A stretch of DNA of 50,068 nt from an uncultured Alphaproteobacteria bacterium (GTDB taxonomy: Bacteria; Pseudomonadota; Alphaproteobacteria; SHVP01), in the NCBI GenBank assembly GCA_964611585.1, contig CAZTAK010000006.1:14245-64312 (forward strand), in the 5' to 3' direction. The notes below the pieces were generated by a model. The model did not search any database, was not told where the DNA came from, and was given only the letters and a program-made list of their open reading frames with translations. Shown here in pieces: positions 30,168-42,327 of the stretch (its first letter is position 1; every line of letters starts with the position of its first letter). The position numbers and the translations under genes were made by a program.

Positions 30168-32300
30168 CTAGCTGCCGGCCTCGGCTCCGACCTTGTCACC
30201 CTCGACGATGTGGTCGCCGGATTCCTGATTGACGACCTTCATGCTGAGGCGAACCTTGCCACGGTCGTCGAAAGAAAGCACCTTGACCCAGACCTCGTCG
30301 CCTTCGTTGACCACATCGGTCACCTTGCCGACCCGCCTGGAGGCCAGTTCGGAGATATGGACGAGGCCGTCGCGGGTGCCGATGAAATTCACGAACGCTC
30401 CGAAATCGACCACCTTGACCACTTTGCCGCGGTAAATCACGCCGACTTCCGGTTCGGCAACGATGTCCTTGATCCAGTTGATCGCCGCCACGCCCGACTC
30501 GGTATCCGTCGAGGCCACCTTGATGGTGCCGTCGTCTTCAATGTCGATCTTGGCGCCTGTGGTTTCGCAGATTTCGCGAATAACCTTGCCGCCGGTACCG
30601 ATTACCTCGCGAATCTTGTCCTTCGGAATCGTAATCGTTGTGATCCGCGGGGCGTGTTCGGCGACCGAATCGCGCGCCGCATCCAGCGATTTGGCCATTT
30701 CGCCCAAGATGTGAATGCGCCCGTCGTGGGCCTGCTCAAGCGCCGTCTGCATGATTTCGCGGGTGATTCCCGTCACCTTGATGTCCATTTGCAGGGCGGT
30801 GATGCCCTTATCGGTTCCGGCCACCTTGAAGTCCATATCGCCGAGGTGATCTTCGTCACCCAGGATGTCGGACAACACGGCATGGCCCTCATCTTCGAGG
30901 ATGAGACCCATGGCGATGCCGGCACAGGGCGCCTTCAACGGCACGCCCGCGCCCATCAGCGACAGCGAGGCCCCGCACACCGAGGCCATCGACGAGGACC
31001 CGTTCGATTCGGTGATCTCGGATACGACCCGAATGGTGTAGGGGAATTCTTCACGCGAAGGCATCAGCGACCGCAACGACCGCCAGGCAAGTTTGCCGTG
31101 ACCGATTTCGCGCCGTCCCGGCGACATCATGAACTTGGTTTCGCCGGTCGAGTAGGGTGGGAAGTTGTAGTGCAACATAAAATGTTCGCGGAATTCGCCT
31201 TCGAGCGCATCGATAATCTGCTCGTCCTGCCCGGTACCCAGCGTCGTCACCACCAGGGCCTGGGTTTCGCCGCGGGTGAAGAGAGCCGAACCGTGGGCCC
31301 TCGGAATCACGTCGGTTTGGGACAGGATCGGGCGAATGGTTTTCGTATCGCGGCCATCGATGCGCACGCCGGTTTCCAGCACCTGCTTGCGGACGATGGA
31401 TTTCTCCATACCCTTGACGATATCGCCAGCCAGCGAGGCGGCGTCTTCGTCGTCGGCCAGCGCCTCGTTCACTTTGGCGCGCACAGCCGACAACAGTTCG
31501 GTCCGCGCCTGCTTGCCTTGTTCCTGATAGGCCGCACGCAGGTCGGCCCCGATCAGGGTTTCGATCCGCGCTTCGAGGTCGGTCGTGTCGGGCGCTTCCG
31601 CCACCGTCCACGGTATTTTGGCGCATTCCTCGGCCAGCGACACGATTGCGTCGACAACCGGCTGGAGCTGTTCGTGACCGAACATGACCGCACCCAGCAT
31701 TACCTCTTCGCTGAGCTGCCCGGCTTGGGACTCAACCATCAGCACGGCGCTGGAGGTGCCGGCGACAATGAGGTCAAGGTCCGAGGCCGGCATTTCGTCG
31801 ACCATCGGATTGAGTCGGTATTCGCCGTCGAAATAGCCCACGCGGGCCCCAGCGATCGGCCCGAGAAAGGGAATGCCCGACAGCGTCAGGGCGGCGGAGG
31901 CACCGATCATCGCCGGGATGTCGGGGTTGTTTTCGAGGTCGTGCGACAGCACGGTGCAAATGGTTTGGGTTTCGTTGCGGAATCCCTTGGCAAACAGGGG
32001 CCGGATCGGCCGGTCGATCAGCCGGGAGGTCAAGGTTTCTTTCTCGCCGGGCCGGCCTTCGCGTTTGAAAAATCCACCGGGGATCTTGCCGGCGGCGAAG
32101 GTCTTTTCCTGATAGTTGACGGTAAGCGGGAAGAAATCCACGCCTGCGCGAGGGGACCTCTTGGCAACGGCCGTGCACAAAACAACCGTGTCGCCGTAAC
32201 TGACGAGAACAGCGCCATCGGCCTGCCGCGCCATGCGTCCGGTTTCGAGCACCAGCTTGCGGCCGCCCCAATCGATTTCTTTACGATGAATGTCGAACAT
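30168..32300 (-). CDS. pnp: polyribonucleotide nucleotidyltransferase
   Basis: [43 protein letters not shown] and S1 domains. Confidence 0.98.
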   Translation of the reverse strand: MFDIHRKEIDWGGRKLVLETGRMARQADGAVLVSYGDTVVLCTAVAKRSPRAGVDFFPLTVNYQEKTFAAGKIPGGFFKREGRPGEKETLTSRLIDRPIRPLFAKGFRNETQTICTVLSHDLENNPDIPAMIGASAALTLSGIPFLGPIAGARVGYFDGEYRLNPMVDEMPASDLDLIVAGTSSAVLMVESQAGQLSEEVMLGAVMFGHEQLQPVVDAIVSLAEECAKIPWTVAEAPDTTDLEARIETLIGADLRAAYQEQGKQARTELLSAVRAKVNEALADDEDAASLAGDIVKGMEKSIVRKQVLETGVRIDGRDTKTIRPILSQTDVIPRAHGSALFTRGETQALVVTTLGTGQDEQIIDALEGEFREHFMLHYNFPPYSTGETKFMMSPGRREIGHGKLAWRSLRSLMPSREEFPYTIRVVSEITESNGSSSMASVCGASLSLMGAGVPLKAPCAGIAMGLILEDEGHAVLSDILGDEDHLGDMDFKVAGTDKGITALQMDIKVTGITREIMQTALEQAHDGRIHILGEMAKSLDAARDSVAEHAPRITTITIPKDKIREVIGTGGKVIREICETTGAKIDIEDDGTIKVASTDTESGVAAINWIKDIVAEPEVGVIYRGKVVKVVDFGAFVNFIGTRDGLVHISELASRRVGKVTDVVNEGDEVWVKVLSFDDRGKVRLSMKVVNQESGDHIVEGDKVGAEAGS

Positions 32301-32507
32301 ATATCTCTCTTTCTTATTGCGATTTCGCCGGCTTGATTTCCGATCAAAGCCGGCCGGCCGCGATCTGTCCTGCCGCGGCCTGCGTGCGGAACTCGCAGCA
32401 GTTTCTGCGAGTTCATTCCATGTGTTTTCTGTTTCCTTCGAGGTGCCCCCGTTCGGGAGCCCCAGACCGCCGGAACAACGATTCCGCGCGGTGGCCGGGT
32501 TCAGCGG

Positions 32508-32777
32508 TTACTTTCTGAGCCCCAAGCGCTTGATCAGATTTAGGTAGCGTTCCTGGTCCTTGCTCTTGAGAAAGTCGAGCAGACTGCGGCGCCGGCTAAC
32601 CATCATCAACAGACCGCGGCGCGAATGGATATCTTTTTTGTGGAATTTGAAGTGTTCGGTCAGGGTGGCAATGCGGTCCGTCAGGATTGCCACCTGAACC
32701 TCGGGCGACCCGGTATCGTTTGTCCCGATCGCGAATTCTTGGATCAACTGCGACTTGCGCTCTGCCGTTATCGACAT
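32508..32777 (-). CDS. rpsO: 30S ribosomal protein S15
   Basis: [24 protein letters not shown]. Confidence 0.98.
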   Translation of the reverse strand: MSITAERKSQLIQEFAIGTNDTGSPEVQVAILTDRIATLTEHFKFHKKDIHSRRGLLMMVSRRRSLLDFLKSKDQERYLNLIKRLGLRK

Positions 32778-32791
32778 CGGTTCTCCGTTTC

Positions 32792-33682
32792 CTAAAAGCT
32801 GAACACCCGTACCGGGCGTAACTGGCCATGGGTCGCATCGGCAAGGGCAATCAGTTGCCCGTCTGCCGTCACATAGACCATGCCCTCAACGGTAGCGGGG
32901 GCCTCGACCTGTTGGCCGCACTGCAGCCGAAGGGCGTCTTCCTGGGTCAGGGCTAGGGCCGGGATGTCGTCCAGCGCCACCTCGACCGGAAGCAGGGCCT
33001 CCGCGCGGCGCGCACTATGGCTTAACTCGTTCAATTTATCCAGCGAAATTGCCGTTTCCTGCGAGAACGGACCACATCGGATCCGGCGCAGGCGGTGAAC
33101 ATACCCGAGCGTACCCAGCCGGATCGCCAGATCCCGGACCAGGGACCGGACATAGGTGCCCTTGCCGCATGTCACCTCGAGGCGGGCTTCAGCGCCCCCG
33201 CCACCCAGCAGCCGAAGCCGGTCGATGCGAACGTTTCGCGGGGCCAACACTGGGATTTCGCCGGCCCGCGCGAGTTCGTAGGCGCGCCGGCCGCTGACCT
33301 TGAGGGCAGAAAAGGCGGGCGGTACCTGGCAGACGTCGCCGGTGAACTCGCCCAGAACGGCCTCGATCGCGGCCGCGTCCGGACGCACCGCCGAGGTCCC
33401 GGTGACGGCACCCTCGCCATCGTCGGTGTCACGCGATTCGCCGAAATTCACGGTGAATTCGTAAACTTTGGTGCCGGCCATCGCCCAGGACACCGTCTTG
33501 GTGGCTTCGCCCAGCGCAATCGGCAGAATCCCGCTTGCCAGCGGATCGAGTGTGCCGCCGTGACCCGCCTTTTGCGCGTTCAGAAGCGCCTTGACGCGAG
33601 CCACCGCGCGCGCCGAAGAAATCCCCACGGGCTTGTCAAGATTGAGCCAACCGTGCACCGGGTCGCCCTTGCGCCGGGTCAT
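32792..33682 (-). CDS. truB: tRNA pseudouridine(55) synthase
   Basis: [26 protein letters not shown]. Confidence 0.97.
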   Translation of the reverse strand: MTRRKGDPVHGWLNLDKPVGISSARAVARVKALLNAQKAGHGGTLDPLASGILPIALGEATKTVSWAMAGTKVYEFTVNFGESRDTDDGEGAVTGTSAVRPDAAAIEAVLGEFTGDVCQVPPAFSALKVSGRRAYELARAGEIPVLAPRNVRIDRLRLLGGGGAEARLEVTCGKGTYVRSLVRDLAIRLGTLGYVHRLRRIRCGPFSQETAISLDKLNELSHSARRAEALLPVEVALDDIPALALTQEDALRLQCGQQVEAPATVEGMVYVTADGQLIALADATHGQLRPVRVFSF

Positions 33683-34075
33683 CTAGTCCTCGTCGGGAGC
33701 AGCGCCGCCCGGCAACGCCCGATCAAGCAGCCTCTCGATGCGCTCGGCTTCGTCGAACGAATGGTCGAATTCGAACTTCAAATCGGGCGCGAACTTCAGC
33801 GCCACGCGGCGCGCAATCTGGCCCCGGATAAAGGGGGCGCACTCGGCAAGGCCTTGCAGAACGGCATCGGCGTTTTCGCCGCCGAGCGGCATCACGAAAG
33901 CGACGGCGTGGCGAAGGTCGGTGCTCATGCGGACTTCGCTGACGGTGATCGAGGTGGTGCTGAGGGCCGGGTGGCGCAGCTCGCCGCGCTGCAGCAATTC
34001 CGACAGCGCCTGACGCACCAGTTCGCCGACGCGAAGCTGGCGTTGGCTGGGGCCGGATCGGCGGGATTTGCTCAT
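33683..34075 (-). CDS. rbfA: ribosome-binding factor A
   Basis: RQLRVGE, EVRMSTDLRHA, PDLKFEFD. Confidence 0.96.
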   Translation of the reverse strand: MSKSRRSGPSQRQLRVGELVRQALSELLQRGELRHPALSTTSITVSEVRMSTDLRHAVAFVMPLGGENADAVLQGLAECAPFIRGQIARRVALKFAPDLKFEFDHSFDEAERIERLLDRALPGGAAPDED

Positions 34076-34173
34076 GGCGGTGCGAACACTCGGTCCGATC
34101 GGGGCGGCGGCGGACTCCCCGGCCCTGCGCCAGCGTGTTCAGTGCGGGCGCGGGCCCCGGGCCACGCGGCCTC

Positions 34174-36699
34174 TTACAGGGTCCGGGCGACCTCTTCGGT
34201 TTCGTAAGCCTCGATCACGTCGCCCTTCTGGACATCCTGATAGCCGTCGAGGCGGATACCGCAATCGGAGCCCACCTTGACTTCGCGCACTTCGTCCTTG
34301 AAATGGCGCAGCGCACTGATCGACCCTTCGTGCACGACGGCGTCGTCGCGCAGCAGCCGGATCTTGGCACCGCGCCGCACGACCCCTTCGGAAACTTCGC
34401 AACCCGCGATCTTGCCCACTTTCGTAATGCCGAAAACCTCTTTGACGCGGGCCTGGCCGAGGATGGTTTCGCGAATCATCGGCGACAGCAATCCCGTCAG
34501 CAGGGCCTTGATGGCGTCAACCACGTCGTAGATGACGGTGTAATAGCGGATCTCAACCTTGTCGCGTTTGGCGAGTTGGCGCGCCTGGGCGTTGGCACGG
34601 ACGCTGAACCCGACAATGAGCGCGTTCGAGGCCTGGGCCAGAGTCACGTCGGCCTCGGTGACGCCGCCGACAGCGCCGTGCAGAACACGTACCGCGACTT
34701 CCTCGGTCGAGAGATTCTCCAACGCGCCCGTAATCGCCTCGAGCGAGCCGCGCACATCGGTCTTGATAACCAGCGGCAGCTCCCTGAGATCGGAATCGCC
34801 GATTTGCGAGAACATCTCCTCGACGCTGCGCTGGGTGGAAACCGCGCTGGCGGCGCTGCGCGACCGGTTGATGCGGAATTCGACGATTTCGCGGGCGCGC
34901 GCCTCGTTCTCGACCACGCCAAAATAATCACCGGCCTCGGGCGTTCCGGAAAGCCCCAATAGTTCGGCCGGTTGCGCCGGACCTGCCGTTTCGATCTGGT
35001 TGCCACGGTCGTCGATCAGCGCCCGCACTCGCCCCCACTCGCTGCCGGCGACGACGATATCGCCGACCCGCAGGGTGCCGCGCCGCACGAGAACGGTCGC
35101 GACGTTGCCGCGCCCCTGTTCGAGCTTCGCCTCGATGACCACGCCGTCGGCGCGCATGTTCGGATTGGCCCTGAGCTCCATCACTTCGGACTGAAGCAAG
35201 ATCGCTTCCTCAAGTTTGTCGAGGCCGGTCTTCTCCTTGGCCGACACCTCGATCGCCAGCACGTCGCCGCCCATTTCTTCGATCACTACTTCATGATGAA
35301 GCAGGTCCTGGCGCACCCGGTCGGGATTGGCGTCGGGCCGGTCGATCTTGTTGATGGCGATCAAGATCGGCACCTCGGCGGCACGGGCGTGGTGAATTGC
35401 CTCAATGGTCTGGGGCATGATGCCGTCATCGGCGGCGACCACCAGGACAACGATGTCGGTCACCTGGGCGCCGCGCGAGCGCATCGCGGTGAAGGCCTCG
35501 TGGCCCGGCGTGTCGAGGAAGGTAATGCTGCCGCCGCCGATACCCACTTGGTAAGCACCGATATGCTGGGTAATTCCGCCCGCCTCGCCCGCGGCCACAT
35601 CGCTATGGCGCATCGCGTCCAGCAGCGACGTTTTGCCGTGATCGACGTGTCCCATCACGGTGACGATAGGCGCGCGGGCCACCTGCCCGGCCTCTTCGTC
35701 GCCTTCGTCGATAAATCCGATTTCGACGTCCGCCGCCGACACCCGTTTGACGCGATGACCGAATTCGTCGGCGACGAGCTGGGCGGTGTCGGCGTCGATG
35801 GACTGATTGATAGTCGCCATGACGCCCATGTTCATCAATGTCTTGATAACGTCCGTGGCGCGCTCGGCCATGCGATTGGCGAGTTCCTGAACGGTAATCG
35901 TGTCCGGAACGATGACGTCGCGCAGCACTTTGAGGGGCGCTCCGGAATCGGCCCCGCCGGCCTGCCGTTTTTCACGTTCCCGGGCGCGGCGGACCGAGGC
36001 CAGGCTGCGCACCCGTTCGCGGTCGTCGAGCGCCTGCGAAATCGTCAGCTTGCCGCCGCGGCGGCGTTTCCCGCCCCGGCGCGGGGCCGGGCGGCGAATC
36101 TCAGGCCGGCCCGGGCGGCGGGCGGGGCGCGCCTCTTCGGTGGCACCGGCAGGCGTGGCATCGGTACTGGCCTCGTCGCCCAATACCTGGGCCGCTTTTT
36201 CGGCCGCCTTTTGCTTGGCGCCTTCCTCGCGCTTCTTGCGCTCCTGTTCCTCGGCTTCGCGCGCATCGGCGGCTTCACGCTCGGTAACGAGTCGCGCTTC
36301 CTCGGCCTGGTAGAGCTTGGTCTCGACCTCAGCGCGGGCACGCACTTTCTGGGTCTCCTTGATCGAAATTTCGAGCGCCTTGACGCGGGCAGCCTTTTCG
36401 TCGTCGGTCAGCGCCTTGAGCACGACCCGGGTCTTGCTCGGCGCCTTATCTGCCGCGGCCGTTTCCGCTCCGGCTTCGGGGCTGGTGGCCTTTTTCTCCA
36501 ACACCGAAGATTTGGGTGCCGCCTTCCGGGTGCGGCCAACGGCGCGCTTCTTCTTGACCTCTACGGTCACGATCTTGGACCGCCCGTGCGAGAAATTCTG
36601 GCGCACCTGTCCCGCAGTCGCTGGCTTTTTCATTTCCAGCTTGCCCCGGCCTGACAGCGTCAGGGGCTTTTTTTCGTCGGTTTCGTTCGTTTCGCTCAT
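34174..36699 (-). CDS. infB: translation initiation factor IF-2
   Basis: [29 protein letters not shown]. Confidence 0.98.
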   Translation of the reverse strand: MSETNETDEKKPLTLSGRGKLEMKKPATAGQVRQNFSHGRSKIVTVEVKKKRAVGRTRKAAPKSSVLEKKATSPEAGAETAAADKAPSKTRVVLKALTDDEKAARVKALEISIKETQKVRARAEVETKLYQAEEARLVTEREAADAREAEEQERKKREEGAKQKAAEKAAQVLGDEASTDATPAGATEEARPARRPGRPEIRRPAPRRGGKRRRGGKLTISQALDDRERVRSLASVRRAREREKRQAGGADSGAPLKVLRDVIVPDTITVQELANRMAERATDVIKTLMNMGVMATINQSIDADTAQLVADEFGHRVKRVSAADVEIGFIDEGDEEAGQVARAPIVTVMGHVDHGKTSLLDAMRHSDVAAGEAGGITQHIGAYQVGIGGGSITFLDTPGHEAFTAMRSRGAQVTDIVVLVVAADDGIMPQTIEAIHHARAAEVPILIAINKIDRPDANPDRVRQDLLHHEVVIEEMGGDVLAIEVSAKEKTGLDKLEEAILLQSEVMELRANPNMRADGVVIEAKLEQGRGNVATVLVRRGTLRVGDIVVAGSEWGRVRALIDDRGNQIETAGPAQPAELLGLSGTPEAGDYFGVVENEARAREIVEFRINRSRSAASAVSTQRSVEEMFSQIGDSDLRELPLVIKTDVRGSLEAITGALENLSTEEVAVRVLHGAVGGVTEADVTLAQASNALIVGFSVRANAQARQLAKRDKVEIRYYTVIYDVVDAIKALLTGLLSPMIRETILGQARVKEVFGITKVGKIAGCEVSEGVVRRGAKIRLLRDDAVVHEGSISALRHFKDEVREVKVGSDCGIRLDGYQDVQKGDVIEAYETEEVARTL

Positions 36700-37337
36700 G
36701 AGATCCGATGCGCTTGCGCCGCAGCCGGGGTCGGCCTGAACCCCGACAGGCGAGCCGACTCGCGCAGGAAATGTTCAGCCAACCCCCCTAGCCGCAGGGC
36801 AGCATGTACCACATTTTCGCGGCCCAGTGCCAAACTCAATTCCGCCCGGGCAAACAGCTCGATCACCCGAATCGCCCCGGCCAGAGCCGCGATCTTGGCG
36901 CGGCCGCCGGGCGCGGCATCGTGCGCGGCCAGCACCGCGGCGGCCTCGCCGGCGCGAACGAGGTCGCTGACGTTCTCGTAACCCGCGACCACCTGCCCTG
37001 CCCGGGCGGCAAGCCCGAGATAATCGAGGCAGCGGCCCGCGAGCGCGCGCTCCACCGTGGCTGGCAAATCGGCGGCAGCCCGCGCCGGCCCGTGAAAGGC
37101 GCGGGCGAACAGATTATTCTTGACCGCCTTATGGACGAGGCCGGCTTCGGCGCCTACCCAAACGCCCCGCCCCGGCAGCTTTTCGGCGACATCGGCCACC
37201 ACCGCATCGTCCGGGCCGCGGACGAAACGGACGAGACCGCTCCGTGGCGCCGGCGCACGGGTGACGATACAGCGCCGCGCGGCGGGCGCCCGGTTGGTGG
37301 AATGCGAGGCCGGAGCCTCCTGGGTCAGGGTTGCCAT
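36696..37337 (-). CDS. YlxR/DUF448 RNA-binding protein with L7Ae-like C-terminal part
   Basis: RRCIVTR, LVRFV, LPGRGVW, LGRENVVHAAL; between nusA and infB. Confidence 0.85.
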   Translation of the reverse strand: MATLTQEAPASHSTNRAPAARRCIVTRAPAPRSGLVRFVRGPDDAVVADVAEKLPGRGVWVGAEAGLVHKAVKNNLFARAFHGPARAAADLPATVERALAGRCLDYLGLAARAGQVVAGYENVSDLVRAGEAAAVLAAHDAAPGGRAKIAALAGAIRVIELFARAELSLALGRENVVHAALRLGGLAEHFLRESARLSGFRPTPAAAQAHRIS

Positions 37338-37339
37338 CG

Positions 37340-38938
37340 TCAAGTCTGGCTTTCCTCCGCCTCCGCCGGCGCGGATTCCGCGGTTGAAGGGTCTTCGTCT
37401 TCGCCGCCTTCCGCTTCGGCCTCCGGCTCCGGTTCATCGTCGAACCAGTGGGCGCGCGCCGCCATGATGATGTCGTTGGCTTCGTCTTCGTTGAGATTGG
37501 CGCTGGGAATTGTCTCGCGCAATTCATCGCTTGCCAGATCGGCGAGATCGTCGAGCGTCTTGACGCCGGCCTGTCCGAGTTCAACGAGATTTTCGGCGCT
37601 GAAGGCTTCGAACGCCGCGACCTCGTCGGTGACGCCAAGCGCCAGGCGCTGATCGTTGAACTCGGCATTACGGCGTTCGACATACACCTGGGCACGGCGC
37701 GCAAGTTCCTGCGCCAAATCTTCGTCGAAGCCTTCGATTCCGGCGATATCTTCGAGCGGCGAAAACGCCACTTCCTCGACCGCCGAGAACCCTTCGGTGA
37801 CCAGCAACTGCGCGATCGTCTCATCGACATCGAGGGTGTCGATGAACATCTGGCTGCGCTGGCGGAACTCTTCCTGTCGGCGTTCAGATTCTTCGGCCTC
37901 GGTCAGAACGTCGATGTCCCAACCGCTAAGCTGCGAGGCGAGCCGCACGTTCTGGCCGCGCCGCCCGATCGCCAGCGAAAGCTGTTCGTCCGGCACCACC
38001 ACTTCGATCCGGCGCGAATCCTCGTCGAGCACGACCTTGGATACCTCGGCCGGGGCCAGGGCGTTGACGTTGAAGGTGGCATCGTCGGGCGACCACTGGA
38101 TGATGTCGATCTTTTCACCCTGAAGTTCGTTGACCACCGCCTGCACACGGCTGCCGCGCATCCCGACGCAGGCGCCGACCGGGTCAATGCTGGAGTCGTT
38201 CGACAACACCGCGATCTTGGCGCGGCTGCCGGGATCGCGCGCCACCGCCCGGATTTCAATGATGCTGTCGTAAACCTCTGGTACTTCCTGGGCAAACAGG
38301 GCGGCCATGAACTTGGGATGCGTGCGCGACAGGAATATCTGCGGCCCGCGCACCTCACGGCGGACATCGTAGATATAGGCGCGCACCCGGTCGCCCTGGC
38401 GGTAGGTTTCCCGCGGCAACAGTTCGTCGCGCCGGATGACCGCCTCGGCGCGCCCGAGATCGACGGTGACGTTGCCGTATTCGACGCGTTTGACGATGCC
38501 GCTCACGATCTCGCTGATGCGATCCTTGTACTCTTCGTATTGGCGCTCGCGTTCGGCCTCGCGCACTTTTTGCACAATGACCTGCTTTGCGGTCTGGGCG
38601 GCGATGCGTCCAAAATCGACCGGCGGCAGCGGCTCGGCAATGATGTCGCCAAACTGGGCTTCGGGGTTGCGCTCGCGCGCTTCGCCGAGGCCGATCTGGG
38701 TCGCATCGTTTTCGATTTCCTCCGAAACCTCGAGGCATCGAAACAGCCGGATCGATCCTTTTTCACGGTCGATTTCCGCCCGGATTTCGTTCTCCTGCCC
38801 GTACTTGGTGCGGGCCGCCTTCTGGATCGCTTCTTCCATGGCTTCGAGAACGGTGTCGCGCTCGATCACCTTCTCGCGCGCAACAGCGTCTGCAATCTGC
38901 AACAACTCGATCCGGTTTTGACTGGTGACGTTTTCCAT
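37340..38938 (-). CDS. nusA: transcription factor NusA
   Basis: [39 protein letters not shown]. Confidence 0.98.
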   Translation of the reverse strand: MENVTSQNRIELLQIADAVAREKVIERDTVLEAMEEAIQKAARTKYGQENEIRAEIDREKGSIRLFRCLEVSEEIENDATQIGLGEARERNPEAQFGDIIAEPLPPVDFGRIAAQTAKQVIVQKVREAERERQYEEYKDRISEIVSGIVKRVEYGNVTVDLGRAEAVIRRDELLPRETYRQGDRVRAYIYDVRREVRGPQIFLSRTHPKFMAALFAQEVPEVYDSIIEIRAVARDPGSRAKIAVLSNDSSIDPVGACVGMRGSRVQAVVNELQGEKIDIIQWSPDDATFNVNALAPAEVSKVVLDEDSRRIEVVVPDEQLSLAIGRRGQNVRLASQLSGWDIDVLTEAEESERRQEEFRQRSQMFIDTLDVDETIAQLLVTEGFSAVEEVAFSPLEDIAGIEGFDEDLAQELARRAQVYVERRNAEFNDQRLALGVTDEVAAFEAFSAENLVELGQAGVKTLDDLADLASDELRETIPSANLNEDEANDIIMAARAHWFDDEPEPEAEAEGGEDEDPSTAESAPAEAEESQT

Positions 38939-38949
38939 CGTGGTATCGC

Positions 38950-39504
38950 CTATGCGTCTAGTTCCTGTCGGGTTTTGCGTTTCGAATTCGATTTCAGAGT
39001 TGCCGCGATCAGGGCGTCGGTCACAACCAAATGCGCCGTGACGACCGAGGCGAGCGGCAGCAATACCGTGCCCGCATCGCGGCCGAGGTCGATTTCGACG
39101 TCGCCGCCGGCGATTCCTTTCAACGTGCCGCGAAACCGCCGGCGGCCATCGATGAGATCCCGGGTTTCGAGCTTGGCTTCGAATCCGGCAAATCGTTCGA
39201 AATCGCCATTCGTCACCAGCGGCCGGTCCATCCCGGGCGAGCTAACCTCGAGATCGTATCCGCCGCGTACCGGATCGTGGACATCGAGAACGGTCGATAC
39301 GGCGCGGCTGATATCGGCGCAATCGCCCACCGTGATGCCGCCATCGCCGGGATCGCCCGCGGCGGCGGTGGCCTCGCGCTCGACCAGCACCTGCAAAGTC
39401 TTGTGGCCCGACCCGGTGAGACGCGCCCGCACCAGCCGGTATCCCATCCCGGCAAGCGGCGGGGCCAACAACTTTTCGATCGGATCGGCGTCGGTGACGG
39501 TCAT
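38950..39504 (-). CDS. rimP: ribosome maturation factor RimP
   Basis: DCADISR, YDLEVSSPGMDRPL, GRRRFRG. Confidence 0.95.
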   Translation of the reverse strand: MTVTDADPIEKLLAPPLAGMGYRLVRARLTGSGHKTLQVLVEREATAAAGDPGDGGITVGDCADISRAVSTVLDVHDPVRGGYDLEVSSPGMDRPLVTNGDFERFAGFEAKLETRDLIDGRRRFRGTLKGIAGGDVEIDLGRDAGTVLLPLASVVTAHLVVTDALIAATLKSNSKRKTRQELDA

Positions 39505-39531
39505 AATTTTCGCGTAGCTCGAATCGGGGAC

Positions 39532-39556
39532 AAAAAAAAGCGGGCTTGTGCCCACT
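39532..39556 (-). terminator. terminator-like hairpin in the rimP leader (possible attenuator)
   Basis: AGTGGGC-ACAA-GCCCGCT then T-tract, ~28 nt before rimP ATG. Confidence 0.7.
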
Positions 39557-39601
39557 TCCGCGACCCCGAAGGCCGTGTTCCGGCTTATTTTCGTTGTCTA
39601 G

Positions 39602-39629
39602 ATAATAGGCATTTTGGCCCCGTCTTCAA
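39602..39629 (-). promoter_or_regulatory. putative sigma70 promoter of rimP-nusA-infB operon
   Basis: TTGAAG-16 bp-TATTAT upstream of the leader hairpin. Confidence 0.5.
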
Positions 39630-40360
39630 GGCCCCTTTGAGGCCGGGCCGTTCAGGCGGGGGTCCCGGACGAAGCGCAAATAGATCGCGTCCCGCCCCCG
39701 GGCAGCCGATTTGCGCTCGTAACGGGTCGGATCGGCGCCTTCGGGCCGGGCCCAGTCGGCCTTTCGCCGGGCCGGCCAGAGGAAAGCCGAGTCGCCCAAA
39801 AACCGCTTTAGGGTCCAGCGCGCGTAGTCGGGCACGTCGGTGGCAAACCGGATTTCGCCGCGATCGGCCAGCAACCGGGCGAAATCGGCGACGGTTTCGG
39901 TGCTGATGAGGCGGCGCTTGTGGTGGCGGGTCTTGTGCCAGGGGTCGGGAAAAAGAATGTCGATACGCGACAGCGACGCCTCCTCAAGCCGCGCCATCAG
40001 CAACCGGGCATCGTCGGTGAACAGGCGCACGTTCTCGAGACCAACGGTATCGAGGGTACGCAGGAAGCTGGCGAGCCCATTGACGAACGGCTCGCACCCG
40101 ATGAACCCCCAGTCCGGGTGCGCCACCGCCTGACCGGCGAGATGCTCGCCGCTGCCGAAGCCGATTTCGAGAACCACGGCCCGGGTTGGCGGCGAAAACA
40201 GAGTGAGGGGATCGATCGGCGCGTTGCCGCCTAAGCCGATGCCGAGGTGTGGAAGATATGTGTCGAGAAGTGCCTGCTGGCCGGCGCGCAACCGATGCCC
40301 CCGCCGGCGGCCGTAAAGAATCCGCCTGGGACCGGCCGGGGGCGCGTCGCCGCCGCTCAC
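39626..40360 (-). CDS. trmB: tRNA (guanine-N7) methyltransferase
   Basis: LEIGFGSGEH, FPDPWHKTRHHKRR, ATD, TRYERK; GTG start 40360 inferred. Confidence 0.95.
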   Translation of the reverse strand: MSGGDAPPAGPRRILYGRRRGHRLRAGQQALLDTYLPHLGIGLGGNAPIDPLTLFSPPTRAVVLEIGFGSGEHLAGQAVAHPDWGFIGCEPFVNGLASFLRTLDTVGLENVRLFTDDARLLMARLEEASLSRIDILFPDPWHKTRHHKRRLISTETVADFARLLADRGEIRFATDVPDYARWTLKRFLGDSAFLWPARRKADWARPEGADPTRYERKSAARGRDAIYLRFVRDPRLNGPASKGP

Positions 40361-40377
40361 TGCGAAGACGCGGGCCC

Positions 40378-41544
40378 TCAGGCGAGCGCGCCCTTCAGTT
40401 TGTCGACCAGGTCCAGCCGCTCCCACGAAAAGCCGCCGTCCTCGTCCGGTTCGCGCCCGAAATGACCGTAGGCCGCGGTGCGCGCGTAGATCGGGTGGTT
40501 GAGTTTCAGGTGCTCGCGAATGCCGCGCGGGGACAGGTCCATGACCTCCGTCAGCACATTTTCGAGCCTGACCTCATCGACCTGGCTGCCGCCGTGCAGA
40601 TCGACGTAGAGCGACAGCGGCTTCGGCACGCCGATCGCGTATGCGACCTGGATCGTGCATTTGTCGGCGAGCCCGGCGCCGACCACGTTCTTTGCGAGAT
40701 AGCGCGCGGCGTAGGCAGCCGAGCGATCGACCTTGGTCGGGTCCTTGCCGGAAAACGCGCCGCCGCCGTGCGGCGCGGCGCCGCCGTAGGTATCGACGAT
40801 AATCTTGCGCCCGGTGAGACCGGCATCGCCATCGGGTCCGCCGACAACGAATTTGCCGGTCGGGTTAACATAAAAATGATCTTCCGCGCACATCCAGCCC
40901 TCGGGCAGAACCTCGAGCACATAGGGCCGGACGATTTCGCGCACCTGGTCCTGATCGACGTCCTCGGTGTGCTGGGTCGAGACGACAATGCTTTCGGCGC
41001 CGACCGGCCTGTCCGCTTCATAGCGCAACGTGACCTGGCTTTTTGAATCGGGCCCGAGATAGGGCTCGGATCCGGCATGACGCGCCTGCGCCATCTTGCG
41101 CAAGATGCTGTGTGCATAAGAAATCGGCGCCGGCATCAGCACGTCGGTCTCGCGGCAGGCATATCCGAACATCAGCCCCTGATCGCCCGCGCCTTCGTCC
41201 TTGTTACCGGTGGCATCGACTCCTTGAGCGATGTTGATCGACTGTCCGTGGACAAAAACATCGACCTTGGCGCGCTCCCAATGAAAGCCTTCCTGCTCGT
41301 AGCCGATCTCGCGCACGCACGCGCGGGCGATGTCTTCGAGTTCCTGGTGGGTGATCGAATCGGGGCCGCGAACCTCGCCCGCCAGCACGATCTGGTTGGT
41401 AGTGACCAGGGTCTCGACGGCAACCCGCGCCTGCGGTTCGAGAGTCAGATAATGGTCGACCACGGCATCCGAAATGCGGTCGCATACCTTGTCGGGATGG
41501 CCTTCGGATACGGATTCGCTGGTGAAGATGTAGTTGGATCTCAT
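40378..41544 (-). CDS. metK: S-adenosylmethionine synthetase
   Basis: [33 protein letters not shown]. Confidence 0.98.
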   Translation of the reverse strand: MRSNYIFTSESVSEGHPDKVCDRISDAVVDHYLTLEPQARVAVETLVTTNQIVLAGEVRGPDSITHQELEDIARACVREIGYEQEGFHWERAKVDVFVHGQSINIAQGVDATGNKDEGAGDQGLMFGYACRETDVLMPAPISYAHSILRKMAQARHAGSEPYLGPDSKSQVTLRYEADRPVGAESIVVSTQHTEDVDQDQVREIVRPYVLEVLPEGWMCAEDHFYVNPTGKFVVGGPDGDAGLTGRKIIVDTYGGAAPHGGGAFSGKDPTKVDRSAAYAARYLAKNVVGAGLADKCTIQVAYAIGVPKPLSLYVDLHGGSQVDEVRLENVLTEVMDLSPRGIREHLKLNHPIYARTAAYGHFGREPDEDGGFSWERLDLVDKLKGALA

Positions 41545-41771
41545 TATGGGTTGTCCTGATGCGGTGCGTTATGCGGTAGGGGCCGGACGCCGCGCGGCGG
41601 CCGGTGACGCAGGCTCATGGCGGCCGCGTCTCCCCAAGGGCGCGGGTTTTATCGGCAACATCTTCGCAACCGTCAAGTCCCGGACAGATGCCATCGCCGC
41701 GACCGCCCTGACGGGCATACCGCAAAAGGGACTGCGTCGGCCCGGTAAGGGCCACGATCCGGGAAAGTGAA

Positions 41772-42191
41772 CTATTTTGATTGCGTCTGACCGACCGCCT
41801 TCACAAGGTCGAAAATACGACGCCGGGTGGCAACGTCGGAAATCTTGTAATAGGCCCGCACCAGTTCGAGAGTTTCTCGCTTGGTGAAATTGCCGGTCTC
41901 GAATGGTTCCTGGGCCGGTTCGCGAAGGCCCCGGGTTCGACCGGCAACGGCATCCGGCATGTCGTCGAAGAAAAACGACACCGGAACCTGAAGCACCTTG
42001 CTGAATTGAAACAGGCGGCTTGAGCCAATTCGGTTGGAGCCGCGTTCGTACTTTTGAATTTGCTGGAAGGTCAGGCTGACGGCTCTTCCAAGTTTTTCCT
42101 GGCTCATTCCCAGAAGGGTGCGACGCAGCCGAACCCGGCTGCCCACATGAATATCGACGGGATCGTGCCCGCGCTGTTTTGGTTTCGCCAA
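41772..42191 (-). CDS. XRE-family HTH regulator
   Basis: PVDIHVGSRVR, SQEKLG, TFQQIQKYERG.NR; TTG start after GGGAGG. Confidence 0.9.
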   Translation of the reverse strand: MAKPKQRGHDPVDIHVGSRVRLRRTLLGMSQEKLGRAVSLTFQQIQKYERGSNRIGSSRLFQFSKVLQVPVSFFFDDMPDAVAGRTRGLREPAQEPFETGNFTKRETLELVRAYYKISDVATRRRIFDLVKAVGQTQSK

Positions 42192-42327
42192 AGTTGCCTC
42201 CCACCTGTTATCGAGGTCTGCGTCGCAGCTTCTTGTTTCTATTTGAGGTGCGTTGGCAGGTAATTTCTTTGTGTATGCGGGGACTAGATATATCGCCGCC
42301 CGGTGCCGGTCAACGATTATCCGGATT

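Noticed and set aside
30153-32336. 727-aa plus-strand ORF
   Set aside because: Antisense shadow of pnp caused by GC-rich codon bias
37448-39517. 689-aa plus-strand ORF (likewise 34972-36654)
   Set aside because: Antisense shadows of nusA/rimP and infB
41545-41771. SAM riboswitch or tRNA upstream of metK
   Set aside because: No SAM-II or SAM-SAH consensus or cloverleaf recognised; only a promoter-like TTGACG and GC hairpins
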